Shown: positions 15,070 through 31,500, counted from the first letter of the stretch. The stretch: 64,000 nucleotides of DNA from Raillietiella orientalis (GCA_036172245.1 JAYWIR010000088.1:124001-188000); one strand, 5' to 3'. Translations and numbers: made by a program. The notes: generated by a model not told the origin, from the letters alone.

Positions 15070-15830
15070 GGATGAGTTTATCGGATGCACACAACTCGTA
15101 CACGAATGCACCACACGCACACATTTGCTTGCTGTTTCGCAGCAGCGTCATTGGCGACACCAGGAGGCAGCTCTTTTCCAGCATTTCTTCCGTAGGGCCA
15201 CCAACCAATCCTACCGAAATGCAGCCGCAAGTCCCGGTTCCGGTATCCTGAGGCGGTTACTCAGGCCCACCTCTCTTCGGTTGAGTCCTCTCAAGATGGT
15301 CTATGGAGGGCCATGGCCCTTTCCCTTGCCTTTACTTTTCGATAGGCACATTAAGCTCGTGACGAAGAGAGCGACGGCTGCTCTCGCGGAGGCATCATCG
15401 CTGCCGGGAGGGTCGTCGCCGTTGTCCCCTTCTAACGATCCGGCCGCCATTTTCCGTCGTTGTGCCGTTGCTCCTTCAGCACTCCATGGTCGCGGCGCGT
15501 CGTGGCGCAGGGGAGCACGTGGAGCCGGGTTTGCTTGGCTCCGCGCACAGCGGGTCCGCACTTCCTCTCGTTCACTGGTGGAGCCTCGATAAACTCGGAA
15601 TTATCTGCTCGTCGGGAAGACGCGAAAAGGTCGTCCGGACGACAGGTCGCTCCAGCCAATTGCAGATTTCGGAACGACTGGAATCCGCGGCGAGGCCTTC
15701 CTTGTTTCCGGAAACGGATTCGCGGAGATCCTTCTTCGCCGTTCCCGGAGCCGCGCGAGGCTGATGCGCTTCGCCCGCAGAGGTTCGCGCGTGCTGCGTG
15801 CAAGCCTTCGCTCAACCCCTTCCGTGACCA
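15070..15830 (-). mobile_element. 3' end of an L1/Tx1-type LINE (family also at 26.0, 33.6 and 40.5 kb)
   Basis: Clear nucleotide homology to 40490-41230 (e.g. CTTCGGTTGAGTCCTCTCAAGATGGTCTATGGA) and to 33700-33960; encodes decayed AKQTRLHVLPC. Confidence 0.75.
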
Positions 15831-16559
15831 GGAACAGAATCACACCTTGGCTAAGCGCCCTCGCCCTCGAATCCCGGATCCGGTCGACCTCTGATGTGTC
15901 CACCGACACGCCCTCCGCGAAACGGTAAGGGATGCAGTTGTCGCCGCAGCCAGCTCTTCTTTGTTCGCAGACTTTCGCTGCTGCGGGACACTTGGCGGGA
16001 ATCGGGAAGGGAGCCAACGCGGGGTGCGCGTGGAGTCGGCGCTCCCCATCGCCGGCTGGCGCCTTTGGGCGGCGTGCGGGTGCGGCTGTTGGGCTGCTTT
16101 CACGTGCGGCTCTATCCGGGGAACTTGGACACGAGGAAGGACACGGGAGCGAAATATCGGCGAATCTTCTCATGGATCTTACGGTACAAAGGAAAAAGCG
16201 TACTTCTTGGAAGGGCTGTTGAAAGCAGGAGGTCGTTCTGAGGGAAGAAAGGGAGTCTCCATGCGGTGAGCGAGTCCATTGATCACGAGCAGGGAAGGGT
16301 GAGCGGAGACACGACGTGAACGCGTTGCAGGGAGGGAATGGGAGGGAGGGAGGGAATTCCAGATCTCGGGACGCACTTCGGAACGCCTGGGCTGGCAAAG
16401 CCGAGCAACGGAGCTGAGTTTGTCTTCGTGAGAGCTGCCTGGAGACCAGGCTGAAGAGGGAGCCAACAGCAAGGGATAACCCTTGCTTGCCGGAGGCTGG
16501 GGAAGGTTGCCTGCGCTTGCGAAAAGCTGAAAGCGAGGGAGGACAGGGATCCTTCCCTG

Positions 16560-17200
16560 CACGAGAACTGCTGCTCTCAAGTTTATTTCGAGTTGCCGTG
16601 ACCTCTGCGTGGGAAGTCATAACGCTCCTGAAGGTTGCCCACGCCGCCCGGGGATGCGAGTGAGTCTCCAGTCCACAGGGAATAACCTCGAAGGGACCGC
16701 CTTACGAATCCAAGAAGGGAGCCGGAAGGAAGTATTCCGTTCCCCTTACTCTCGGGAGGGAATCCTTTCCTCGCATCCTCTTCGAAGGGACCCCGCGGAG
16801 AGGTTCCGCTCCTGAATTCTTGTCCAGAGAGAATCCGCGAGGAAAGCGGTCCCGGTTCAGCCTTCTAGAGAGAACCCCGAAGGGAGGGGTGCTCCTTTCC
16901 ATGCAACGGGATTGAGGATCCCCACGAGGGAAGGGTCGGCTCTATTCTGACAACGCTGAGGGGAAACAGCTCCTCGCTTCCTGGAAGGCCTCCAAGGGGG
17001 TCCAATTCTAATTCCATGCGGTGAACGGGGGCATCCGGTGTCCACCAGTGGCGCACCCCAAGTCAACGGAAGAACCGGCGCCATCCTGCGGGGGAGTGGG
17101 GAGGAACTCGAAACCCACGACGCATCCCACGTTCACGGCATCGACCCTTCTTCGTTTGGGATTCGAACCCACAACGCTGGGTGGTGCCACGCGAGCAAAG
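16560..17200 (-). mobile_element. Repeat with tRNA-like B-boxes (SINE-like family A)
   Basis: The minus strand carries GGTTCGAATCCC (17158-17169) and a second GGTTTCGAGTTCC; the body is homologous to 37250-37720 and 38900-39430. Confidence 0.6.
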
Positions 17201-18499
17201 ATGGTAGCTGCACGGCTGCCAACGCGCCAACGGCGTGTTGATGCGAACCATCGAGTCCTCTTTGTGGAATTGATCTCTTGATCTTCGAATCGGTGTTCGG
17301 AGTCGGAAGATCAACGAAATCCTCCGATTCCTAACGTTTCCGGAGTTCCTGGAGACCCCTGGGAAAGCTTTTTCAGGCAGGAGCAGACCGATGCTGGGGA
17401 CGACGATGCGTTCTAGCGGAAGTCACTTCGGGGCCTCCTGGGTGGCGACACGGAATAATCGACGACGCATGGACGTGGTTTCCAAGTCCGCGTGCATAGT
17501 GTTCCTTAAAGAGCTCCGAAGAGTGTATCTTGGTACACTGTTGCGACTTCCGGTTGCTTGCTGCACTTAAAGGTGGCGAGAACTTGGCGCTATGCTGCTC
17601 AAATACAGCACTGACCGTCTCCATCTTGGGTCTCCAGTCAGCGTGACGGGGTGGACGGCTATTTCTAACGGTGAGGACGGGTTTCTGGCAGCAACGTTCG
17701 TCAGTCTCTGCAGGAGATCTTCGTGTCCAACACTCGCGTTGGAAAGAGCCGTTTGACTTCAGCAGACTCCTTTAGGGAAAGCCCTGCGCAGTGGAACATC
17801 GGCTACGTGGAAAGCCAGCTGCAGCATCCCAGAAAAGATGCTGCTTCGCTGAATACACTTGCAGAGGGTCTGCAGCTCGCAGAAATAATGACAGGCCCTG
17901 AAGGTGGGGGGATTTGACTGTGCTAATGCTGCTCCGGGATGTTGGATGCAACGCGCGCTGGTTCCACTATGCAAGGGGGGAAGGAAAAGGGTCTGTGGAT
18001 TGGAGCTGCGCCGGGTGCGCGTAAGAAAACCCTCCCAGCACTTGCCTGCGGAGTGTGCTGCCCATCGGCTTCTTTGGGAACGTCTTGGGAGTCGTTCCGG
18101 ATTCCTGTGGACAAGCCAGAGATGTGGGGAAACGTCTCTTCGTGAGAGATGCATTTCCACAGCCGTTGGCTCCCTTGGCAGATGCTCGCCGCTCTCCCCG
18201 AATTGTGACGGCCCAGAGCGTTGCAAGGAGAAGCCAGGGAAGCTGGGACTTTCCCATCCACTTTGAGCTTGAGGGCGAGAAGAGATGGCCGCATCTGGAG
18301 GCTATTCAGACGGAACATGCCGGCATCCCGCAGGGCACGCAGGAGACGGTTGGCAAGCATTCCCGTGCACACTCTCCACACGCAATAGTTCATTTATTTG
18401 CATGTTTATTTTTCATTTTATTCCATTTTTTTTTTTTTTTTTTTCCTCCTGTCCTGTGGGGGCGGACCTCTCCAGTGAATTTTCTGGCCTCGCGAGCGC

Positions 18500-20550
18500 T
18501 GCTCGTGAGACAACCGCTACACGCGACGAAGTCATTGCTTTACGAGCGGCGCGGAAAGGTCACCAGGCTATCCAGGGTAAAGGAAAGCTGCCCGACACGG
18601 CTGTCCGTCCCCCGGAGGCGACAACACTGTCGACGGCGACCGGGTCACGCGGTAGTGCCGGTTGCCCCTGCGGCGATGGTGCTTCCCGAGGATTGTTCGG
18701 GCATCCTTTCATTCTTCTGGAGGTGCGACTGAATTTCAATAACGAACTGAAGACTACTGTTGGGATGGCGGCTTCTGGATCAGTCAACCCCCATCTGAAG
18801 TGTGCAATCCCGTCTACGCCAGAGGAAGAATTTTCCGTCCTTTGGCAGAGAATCGAATCCGCTTCTCGAGCGAAGGCAGATGTTTCCCGGGGAGTCCTCT
18901 GTCTTTCTCGATCTAGTTGCATTTTATTTTTATTTTCCTTATTTTGTTTTATGTTTTGAGGGCTGGGGAAATCGGCATCAGTTTCTTTGGTGATTTTTCG
19001 CCAAATGAGCTTCCGGTCGCTGTTGGAAACCCTCCTGGATGGCCGTTTGATCGAAGGAGCATCCCAACTCTTGTTGGTCCGCAGTCGCTCGCATCGGTGT
19101 GCTTCTTGGATTCCTAATTTTGGAACTGAAGGATTGAAGGTGAGGGTCCGCAGTCAGCTGTTCTGCACGTATTTCGGGAAGCTTCCTCGTGGGCGCACGT
19201 TCTTCTAGCGAAAAGTCGCACACAGCTCCGAAACTTTCCCTGGTCGCCTAGGAACCGTCGAGAGAAATTGCCGCGCAGAAGTTGCGTCTCCCGCTGCACG
19301 TTTTCCCCCTTTTCTACTCTTTCCCTGACCTGCTGACTGTTCTTCCGAGCTGGAGTTGACAACTCTTTCCCACTTTTCCATCAGGTACCACAGGAATTGT
19401 CGACTCTCGTCCTTGTTCAGAGCCTCCAAATCTCATTTTGAAGATTTCATTTCTCTTTGCAGGCTTCGCCATCATTAGAAATCTGCAGACATCAATACAG
19501 GGGTGCCTCGGCACTCGTCTGTAATTCGTTCCGCAACTCTTGACGAGTGCCGAAACCGACGAGTACCGAACGAGTTCTTTTCTAGGCTAAAAATGCAGAA
19601 AATAGGGAACGACTCGGAAATGCTCGGCGCTGCTCTCCAGCTGCCAGGAGACGAGAACGTCCACTTGTTCCATCGTGGGAGTGGGGTGCTGCCAGATCCG
19701 AGCATGCATCGATGGTCGAAGCATTTTTTTCTGGCGAAAATGAGACGAGTAGCGAGTTTGAGGAGTTCCGACGCCGTCGAGGACCGAGGTACCGCCGCAC
19801 ATTGCCTCTTCCTCAACCGGAAGGGGAAGTATACTGTTGCAAACAGCGACCGAAGAAGGCGAGGGTCTTCTCGGAGAAGGCGGAAGCGGAGCGGGACGCA
19901 CTCATCTTGATCGAAAAAGCTGAAGATTTTCCATGCCCCCATTGAATGTGAAGCCCGACGGTTTCGCGAAGGTTTCCATCCTGACTCGGAAAGGATTGCA
20001 GCAAGAAGCAAATCCGGAATGTCGTATCTTGCACGTCCCTGTGAAAGGAGTCCCGTAGCGTACGTGTGAACGAGGCTTCCTCTCTTTCCTTGGTCAATGC
20101 CAACACGGGAGCGTCCACGGATGATGGTGCCGCCCGCTGCTGCTCTATGCCTGGAGCACGCCAGACGAGGAGGCGTCTGCTGATACCAAAGCCCCTCATC
20201 CCACTGCCCGGCTTGATGCACGGAAATTTCAAATGTGCACATCAGGAATGCACTCGAGAGGCAGGAACGGAGGGAGGCGCAGCAGCTTCCGGGTGTCCGG
20301 GAAGCCTTCTTGGTCGGCGCGTGGCGCCGATGACGTTGCAGCGCATTTTCCAAACGATGAGTCCCACGCATGCGCATGCGCGCCGCTCTCACTTTGTGGC
20401 GCGTGTGCTTCGTTCGCGGCTGCGGCTGGCGTCGACAGCACCGCTGTCCAACGGAGATGCTGGTGGGAAGCGAAACGCGACCGTGGTACCCCGTCCCGTG
20501 GTCCAGTGGCGCTCTTTCAACATTTCGCACGCGCACCGGACTCCAGGCAT
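18500..20550 (-). mobile_element. Degenerate L1/Tx1-type LINE (APE end plus RT fragments)
   Basis: HTYATG..ARYD (APE TY..RID-like), GAWKIFSFFDQDE (G.WK.N.SLL.DE-like), DLEALNKDESRQFLWYLMEKW (RT D.EKAFD.V..FL..L-like). Confidence 0.5.
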
Positions 20551-21329
20551 GGCTAGGCTTCGCGCCTGCGGGTCGTGGGGGCAGACAGCAGAGCCCAAAG
20601 ACCGAAGACCCAGGCGGAGGTCGCCATCAATGACGGAACAGTGGCTGGAAATGACAGCTGGAAGCAGAATCTGGTAATTCTTAAAGCACTGATGCTGCAA
20701 GAGATGGGAGAGCCCTGAAATGATCTCTGGATCCGTCTCCCGGCACATGCCTTCGGAAATCTGCGAACGTCTGCCTCGGAAATCCCCCGAAGCGTCCTGT
20801 CGGTGAGGAGGCGATGAAGCGCAGTGGGATCCCTGATTTCCCGTCAAGATGGCTGCCTGCCTCCTGGATCGCGTGCGCGGGCGCTCCTCTTTGTTTCCCG
20901 AACCACACGGAATTCCCGTTTTCGCTTCTGCCTTCCTTGTTTTGTCTGCAAGGTGAACAGCTTGGAGGGTGCTAATAAAATGAAAGGGGTGTCTCGCCCA
21001 TCTCCCACTCTTCCTTGCACGTGTTGATACGTTGAATTTTCTTTTTTGTTTTTTCTATTTTTTTTGCTTTTTAACCCCCCTGTCCCCCCCCTATTATTTT
21101 TTGACACAGCCATTTTTTTTTTGAAGGAATTCGATACTCAGATATCCATTGAATATGTACATACACTATTGAATGCAATGAACGCATATATTTATTCTTA
21201 TAATTTCAGTAATACAATGAACAACTCATTAATTATGCTACTAAATCTATGTGTCGAAATATGATTCCCATCTATAATGAATGTGAACGAATAATAGGAA
21301 CCATACAAGTGAAAATAAGAAGTGGACAG

Positions 21330-21770
21330 CCCCCTTAGGGGAGCATCCCTTCGTGTTCCTCTCCAGAAGGAGCAACAAGGAGCGGATCGTTTCTGGTGTT
21401 TGTATCCGAAGGAGAAAAGGAAAGTGGCTGCCTCTGAAAGCCTCCTCAAGAATGAACGAGGACGAAGTGGTTCCCTCGGGGATTCCTTTCGAAGACCACC
21501 AGTGAGGAGATTCCCTTCGAGTTCCCTGACAAGCTCAAGAGGAAGGCGCTCCTTCCTCCAGAGGCTTCGTAGGTCCATGCGGTGGTCCCTCCTGAGTTAC
21601 TCCCTAACTTGAAGACGCACGCTAAGGTGGTGCAGACAGCGTTTCAAGGTTTCGTGAACCCCCAACTAAGGAGACCAACGGTTCTTCATTACCCCTTAAG
21701 GACGAAAAAAAGGTGAAAAAAAACATCTGGAAGGAAAGCAGCGAAAACGGGAGAAGCTGAAAGGATTGTC
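21330..21770 (+). repeat. Partial (3') copy of SINE-like family A
   Basis: Colinear similarity to 39250-39600 (GGAGAC.AA.CGGTTCTT, ATCTGGAAGGAAA..GGAGAA). Confidence 0.5.
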
Positions 21771-21779
21771 GTTATCTCA

Positions 21780-22990
21780 CTCAGTCTGAATGACGACTGA
21801 GATCTCTGAACTGATAGGAGTTCTTTCTCAGAACCGCGGCGCATATGAAGAACCTTAGGCCCTGGGGGCGACCTTGTGGGAATCTCCGCGCATAAATTCT
21901 ACAAAGCCGTCTGCTTCAGTGGAATCCTTCCATCCCGGCAGATGCAACAGCATGACGTACGTTTTGTAGATGAGGTCGCACGGCTGAACTCAGCAAATGA
22001 CAGCTGATGAGAATTTCTCCACGTTGCCATATCTGACAGGAAGTGGGCAGCTTCCCGTTTCCCAACATATGGCTCGTCGTCCCACTGGGTGAAGCAGGCT
22101 TTCTCTTCCACCCAGGATTCAAATGCACACCTTTCCATTCTGGAGGAATTCAACGAAGAACGTACAGAGGGAACCAGCTGACAACGTTGAAGGGAATCAA
22201 GGAACGGTGAAGCAGCAATCCAGGGTTTCAGAAAAGTGCCGCCGCCTGGCAGCCCGTGGGTCAACCACTTTCCAGCAGTGGCTGAGCGGAATGGCAGAAC
22301 ACCCGGAATGCGGGACGTCGCTTCGGAAGGAAAGTCCGCAGATTATAAAGCAGCGTTGTCCCTCTGGACGCGCGCACGCGCGTCTTCCTTCCAGAAAATA
22401 GAGCTGTTGAGGGTGACGATCACCAGGCAAAGATGGCAAACAACGGAGACGGCCGTTCCGCGCTCCGCAGCTTCACGACGAAGGCCCGCTGTGCCACGGA
22501 ATTTTCCGGAAAGCGCCTATCGCGGTTTCTTCCGTGGAAGGGATGCGAGTCGGAGAACCGATGCTGCGTGCACATCCACGTTCGGATTCGGGGCTACCTG
22601 CAGGAAGCCCACCGTTGCCCACGTCCATCCTCGCGTGAACGGTGGATTTCATGGACTGAGTGGTCGCGAGCAAATACACCGTCGTGCAAAGTACACGTTC
22701 GCCTGAACGTTGCCCCTCCCGGTGTGGACTGGCGAGCACATCCGCACGTCAGCAAGCTGTCGACGTTCAGTCTGCGATTGCATGGGAGCGGCTGGGGTAC
22801 GGTTTTGCTTGCTTTGCTCGACATTCCACGCAAACCCAATTTTAGCACCACATCTCTTGGTCGACGGCGCTGCAGACCGAAATAACCACGGTAAAGCACT
22901 GCGTTTCCACGATTCCTCTACCTTCTTTTTTTGCTTTTCATTTTTTCTACAGCGCAGATAAGATTACAGGGCATCTTCGATACCCTTTTT
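21780..22990 (+). mobile_element. Degenerate LINE remnant (duplicated counterpart of 11133-12050 plus upstream part)
   Basis: MTYVFVDEV (YADD-like, ~21955), then the same fragments as at 11.5 kb. Confidence 0.35.
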
Positions 22991-23834
22991 TACGTCATGG
23001 GCATCCTGCAAGTATCCGATTGCATTCCCCAATAGGCTCGTAGATAAAGTTCTCCTAGAGGCTGCTGGAATCATTCCATGGGAGATTTTTGAATTTTTCC
23101 TGACCGCGGCGGCTTTCGCAAGATGTGCGGCTGCCCCTCGGCGCTGCGAGCACCGTGAACACCCATGGAAAAACCGGCAAATCACTCCCTCCACTGCCAA
23201 CATTGCCCTTCAACACGCTTTGAGCGCCAACCCGCAGACTGCCTCGTGGTCCGCCCGCGAGATGCAACACGCGCATTTCCATGCATGCGCTGCATGTAGG
23301 CGTCAGGAAACAAGAGGGGGGGAGGGGGGAAAGAGTTCCGGGTTAGAGAGTTACTTAGTAGAGAGTTAGAGAGGTACTCCCCTTAGAAAGTACTTCCTGA
23401 CGTCCCCGGCCGGGAGGTTCCTCGTCCTGAAGCGTTCGACGTCCGCTGTGCTTGAGGGTCGCTGGAGAGCGTCTCCGTGTCACGACAAGCAGTGAGCCAC
23501 TGGACGGAGACAACAGAAAAAAGGTTGCGCCGTCTCCGAGGTCCCGTGAAACAGCTCGGTCGTTGTTTGTTCCAGGCCTGCGTGCGCGGTGCAACACCCT
23601 GAGATAAAAATCCAAACAAAGAACGGGAACCATCCCACGTAAGTGACGAAAGTCTCAAGGTGGCCAAGTCCCCAGGGGAAACTATTCAGATGATCTTTGG
23701 AATTAGGCAACTGACCGTGTGACAGTGAGCGAGGGAGGCGATAAAACACTTGCAAATGTGTTAAATAGGAAGGAATCGGGGACTGATTCGGAAGAAACGT
23801 CTCTCATCTAGCCACGCACCGGTCAACTGGAGAA

Positions 23835-25875
<2,041 letters not shown>

Positions 25876-26018
25876 TCGTGCAGTGCTATGGCAACCCAAG
25901 TAGAAACAAGCCCAGCATCGTGTCTCGGGTGTTGGGGGAGGCGGGGTGAGCGGGAAACCGGGTGCGCGGAATTCGTTCTGCGGGCATAGAAGTTTTCTTC
26001 AGGACGAACAAGGAAGAA

Positions 26019-26780
26019 GGATGAGTTTATCGGATGCTCACAACTCGTACACGAATGCACCACACGCACACATTTGCTTGCTGTTTCGCAGCAGCGTCAT
26101 TGGCGACACCAGGAGGCAGCTCTTTTCCAGCATTTCTTCCGTAGGGCCACCAACCAATCCTACCGAAATGCAGCCGCAAGTCCCGGTTCCGGTATCCTGA
26201 GGCGGTTACTCAGGCCCACCTCTCTTCGGTTGAGTCCTCTCAAGATGGTCTATGGAGGGCCATGGCCCTTTCCCTTGCCTTTACTTTCCGATAGGCACAT
26301 TAAGCTCGTGACGAAGAGAGCGACGGCTGCTCTCGCGGAGGCATCATCGCTGCCGGGAGGGTCGTCGCCGTTGTCCCCTTCTAACGATCCGGCCGCCATT
26401 TTCCGTCGTTGTGCCGTTGCTCCTTCAGCACTCCATGGTCGCGGCGCGTCGTGGCGCAGGGGAGCACGTGGAGCCGGGTTTGCTTGGCCCCGCGCACAGC
26501 GGGTCCGCACTTCCTCTCGTTCACTGGTGGAGCCTCGATAAACTCGGAATTATCTGCTCGTCGGGAAGACGCGAAAAGGTCGTCCGGACGACAGGTCGCT
26601 CCAGCCAATTGCAGATTTCGGAACGACTGGAATCCGCGGCGAGGCCTTCCTTGTTTCCGGAAACGGATTCGCGGAGATCCTTCTTCGCCGTTCCCGGAGC
26701 CGCGCGAGGCTGATGCGCTTCGCCCGCAGAGGTTCGCGCGTGCTGCGTGCAAGCCTTCGCTCAACCCCTTCCGTGACCAG
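26019..26780 (-). mobile_element. Duplicated LINE 3' end
   Basis: Copy of 15070-15830 inside the duplication. Confidence 0.75.
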
Positions 26781-27509
26781 GAACAGAATCACACCTTGGC
26801 TAAGCGCCCTCGCCCTCGAATCCCGGATCCGGTCGACCTCTGATGTGTCCACCGACACGCCCTCCGCGAAACGGTAAGGGATGCAGTTGTCGCCGCAGCC
26901 AGCTCTTCTTTGTTCGCAGACTTTCGCTGCTGCGGGACACTTGGCGGGAATCGGGAAGGGAGCCAACGCGGGGTGCGCGTGGAGTCGGCGCTCCCCATCG
27001 CCGGCTGGCGCCTTTGGGCGGCGTGCGGGTGCGGCTGTTGGGCTGCTTTCACGTGCGGCTCTATCCGGGGAACTTGGACACGAGGAAGGACACGGGAGCG
27101 AAATATCGGCGAATCTTCTCATGGATCTTACGGTACAAAGGAAAAAGCGTACTTCTTGGAAGGGCTGTTGAAAGCAGGAGGTCGTTCTGAGGGAAGAAAG
27201 GGAGTCTCCATGCGGTGAGCGAGTCCATTGATCACGAGCAGGGAAGGGTGAGCGGAGACACGACGTGAACGCGTTGCAGGGAGGGAATGGGAGGGAGGGA
27301 GGGAATTCCAGATCTCGGGACGCACTTCGGAACGCCTGGGCTGGCAAAGCCGAGCAACGGAGCTGAGTTTGTCTTCGTGAGAGCTGCCTGGAGACCAGGC
27401 TGAAGAGGGAGCCAACAGCAAGGGATAACCCTTGCTTGCCGGAGGCTGGGGAAGGTTGCCTGCGCTTGCGAAAAGCTGAAAGCGAGGGAGGACAGGGATC
27501 CTTCCCTGC

Positions 27510-28146
27510 ACGAGAACTGCTGCTCTCAAGTTTATTTCGAGTTGCCGTGACCTCTGCGTGGGAAGTCATAACGCTCCTGAAGGTTGCCCACGCCGCCCGG
27601 GGATGCGAGTGAGTCTCCAGTCCACAGGGAATAACCTCGAAGGGACCGCCTTACGAATCCAAGAAGGGAGCCGGAAGGAAGTATTCCGTTCCCCTTACTC
27701 TCGGGAGGGAATCCTTTCCTCGCATCCTCTTCGAAGGGACCCCGCGGAGAGGGTCCGCTCCTGAATTCTTGTCCAGAGAGAATCCGCGAGGAAAGCGGTC
27801 CCGGTTCAGCCTTCTAGAGAGAACCCCGAAGGGAGGGGTGCTCCTTTCCATGCAACGGGATTGAGGATCCCCACGAGGGAAGGGTCGGCTCTATTCTGAC
27901 AACGCTGAGGGGAAACAGCTCCTCGCTTCCTGGAAGGCCTCCAAGGGGGTCCAATTCTAATCCATGCGGTGAACGGGGGCATCCGGTGTCCACCAGTGGC
28001 GCACCCCAAGTCAACGAAGAACCGGCGCATCCTGCGGGGGGTAAGGAGGGAACTCGAAACCCACGACGCATCCCACGTTCACGGCATCGACCCTTCTTCG
28101 TTTGGGATTCGAACCCACAACGCTGGGTGGTGCCACGCGAGCAAAG
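27510..28146 (-). mobile_element. Duplicated SINE-like family A copy
   Basis: Copy of 16560-17200. Confidence 0.6.
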
Positions 28147-29449
28147 ATGGTAGCTGCACGGCTGCCAACGCGCCAACGGCGTGTTGATGCGAACCATCGA
28201 GTCCTCTTTGTGGAATTGATCTCTTGATCTTCGAATCGGTGTTCGGAGTCGGAAGATCAACGAAATCCTCCGATTCCTAACGTTTCCGGAGTTCCTGGAG
28301 ACCCCTGGGAAAGCTTTTTCAGGCAGGAGCAGACCGATGCTGGGGACGACGATGCGTTCTAGCGGAAGTCACTTCGGGGCCTCCTGGGTGGCGACACGGA
28401 ATAATCGACGACGCATGGACGTGGTTTCCAAGTCCGCGTGCATAGTGTTCCTTAAAGAGCTCCGAAGAGTGTATCTTGGTACACTGTTGCGACTTCCGGT
28501 TGCTTGCTGCACTTAAAGGTGGCGAGAACTTGGCGCTATGCTGCTCAAATACAGCACTGACCGTCTCCATCTTGGGTCTCCAGTCAGCGTGACGGGGTGG
28601 ACGGCTATTTCTAACGGTGAGGACGGGTTTCTGGCAGCAACGTTCGTCAGTCTCTGCAGGAGATCTTCGTGTCCAACACTCGCGTTGGAAAGAGCCGTTT
28701 GACTTCAGCAGACTCCTTTAGGGAAAGCCCTGCGCAGTGGAACATCGGCTACGTGGAAAGCCAGCTGCAGCATCCCAGAAAAGATGCTGCTTCGCTGAAT
28801 ACACTTGCAGAGGGTCTGCAGCTCGCAGAAATAATGACAGACCCTGAAGGTGGGGGGATTTGACTGTGCTAATGCTGCTCCGGGATGTTGGATGCAACGC
28901 GCGCTGGTTCCACTATGCAAGGGGAAAAGGAAAAGGGTCTGTGGATTGGAGCTGCGCCGGGTGCGCGTAAGAAAACCCTCCCAGCACTTGCCTGCGGACT
29001 GTGCTGCCCATCGGCCCCTTTGGGAACGTCTTGGGAGTCGTTCCGGATTCCTGTGGACAAGCCAGAGATGTGGGGAAACGTCTCTTCGTGAGAGATGCAT
29101 TTCCACAGCCGTTGGCTCCCTTGGCAGATGCTCGCCGCTCTCCCCGAATTGTGACGGCCCAGAGCGTTGCAAGGAGAAGCCAGGGAAGCTGGGACTTTCC
29201 CATCCACTTTGAGCTTGAGGGCGAGAAGAGATGGCCGCATCTGGAGGCTATTCAGACGGAACATGCCGGCATCCCGCAGGGCACGCAGGAGACGGTTGGC
29301 AAGCATTCCCGTGCACACTCTCCACACGCAATAGTTCATTTATTTGCATGTTTATTTTTCATTTTATTCCATTTTTTTTTTTTTTTTTTTCCTCCTGTCC
29401 TGTGGGGGCGGACCTCTCCAGTGAATTTTCTGGCCTCGCGAGCGCTGCT

Positions 29450-31500
29450 CGTGAGACAACCGCTCCGCGCGACGAAGTCGTGCTTTACAGCGGCGCGGAA
29501 AGGTCACCAGGCTATCCAGGGTAAAGGAGAAGCTGCCCGACACGGCTGTCCGTCCCCCGGGCGACAACACTGTCGACGGCGACCGGGTCACGCGGTAATG
29601 CCGGTTGCCCCTGCGGCGATGGTGCTTCCCGAGGATTGTTCGGGCATCCTTTCATTCTTCTGGAGGTGCGACTGAATTTCAACCAACGAACTGAAGACTA
29701 CTGTTGGGATGGCGGCTTCTGGATCAGTCAACCCCCATCTGAAGTGTGCAATCCCGTCTACGCCAGAGGAAGAATTTTCCGTCCTTTGGCAGAGAATCGA
29801 ATCCGATTCTCGAGCGAAGGCAGATGTTTCCCGGGGAGTCCTCTGTCTTTCTCGATCTAGTTGCATTTTATTTTTATTTTCCTTATTTTGTTTTATGTTT
29901 TGAGGGCTGGGGAAATCGGCATCAGTTTCTTTGGTGATTTTTCGCCAAATGAGCTTCCGGTCGCTGTTGGAAACCCTCCTGGATGGCCGTTTGATCGAAG
30001 GAGCATCCCAACTCTTGTTGGTCCGCAGTCGCTCGCATCGGTGTGCTTCTTGGATTCCTAATTTTGGAACTGAAGGATTGAAGGTGAGGGTCCGCAGTCA
30101 GCTGTTCTGCACGTATTTCGGGAAGCTTCCTCGTGGGCGCACGTTCTTCTAGCGAAAAGTCGCACACAGCTCCGAAACTTTCCCGCGGTGTCCCCTGGTC
30201 GCCTAGGAACCGTCGAGAGAAATTGCCGCGCAGAAGTTGCGTCTCCCGCTGCACGTTTTCCCCCTTTTCTACTCTTTCCCTGACCTGCTGACTGTTCTTC
30301 CGAGCTGGAGTTGACAACTCTTTCCCACTTTTCCATCGGGTACCACAGAGGAATTGTCGACTCTCGTCCTTGTTCAGAGCCACTCCAAATCTCATTTTGA
30401 AGATTTCATTTCTCTTTGCAGGCTTCGCCATCATTAGAAATCTGCAGACATCAATACAGGGGTGCCTCGGCACTCGTCTGTAATTCGTTCCGCAACTCTT
30501 GACGAGTGCCGAAACCGACGAGTACCGAACGAGTTCTTTTCTAGGCTAAAAATGCAGAAAATAGGGAACGACTCGGAAATGCTCGGCGCTGCTCTCCAGC
30601 TGCCAGGAGACGAGAACGTCCACTTGTTCCATCGTGGGAGTGGGGTGCTGCCAGATCCGAGCATGCATCGATGGTCGAAGCATTTTTTTCTGGCGAAAAT
30701 GAGACGAGTAGCGAGTTTGAGGAGTTCCGACGCCGTCGAGGACCGAGGTACCGCCGCACATTGCCTCTTCCTCAACCGGAAGGGGAAGTATACTGTTGCA
30801 AACAGCGACCGAAGAAGGCGAGGGTCTTCTCGGAGAAGGCGGAAGCGGAGCGGGACGCACTCATCTTGATCGAAAAAGCTGAAGATTTTCCATGCCCCCA
30901 TTGAATGTGAAGCCCGACGGTTTCGCGAAGGTTTCCATCCTGACTCGGAAAGGATTGCAGCAAGAAGCAAATCCGGAATGTCGTATCTTGCACGTCCCTG
31001 TGAAAGGAGTCCCGTAGCGTACGTGTGAACGAGGCTTCCTCTCTTTCCTTGGTCAATGCCAACACGGGAGCGTCCACGGATGATGGTGCCGCCCGCTGCT
31101 GCTCTATGCCTGGAGCACGCCAGACGAGGAGGCGTCTGCTGATACCAAAGCCCCTCATCCCACTGCCCGGCTTGATGCACGGAAATTTCAAATGTGCACA
31201 TCAGGAATGCACTCGAGAGGCAGGAACGGAGGGAGGCGCAGCAGCTTCCGGGTGTCCGGGAAGCCTTCTTGGTCGGCGCGTGGCGCCGATGACGTTGCAG
31301 CGCATTTTCCAAACGATGAGTCCCACGCATGCGCATGCGCGCCGCTCTCACTTTGTGGCGCGTGTGCTTCGTTCGCGGCTGCGGCTGGCGTCGACAGCAC
31401 CGCTGTCCAACGGAGATGCTGGTGGGAAGCGAAACGCGACCGTGGTACCCCGTCCCGTGGTCCAGTGGCGCTCTTTCAACATTTCGCACGCGCACCGGAC
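29450..31500 (-). mobile_element. Duplicated degenerate L1/Tx1-type LINE
   Basis: Copy of 18500-20550. Confidence 0.5.

Noticed and set aside
15601..16620. 339-aa ORF (and its twin at 26550-27569), plus many other 100-350-aa Arg/Ser/Pro-rich ORFs on the left side
   Set aside because: No domain signature; they overlap repeats and TE remnants; long chance frames are expected in GC-rich DNA.
17350..17905. Possible small spliced plus-strand gene (EIFVSNTRVG...)
   Set aside because: The best exon chain contains an in-frame stop and has no recognisable homology.
19475..20536. 353-aa minus-strand ORF as a host gene
   Set aside because: Better explained as a partly open frame through a decayed LINE (APE/RT-like fragments that switch frames).
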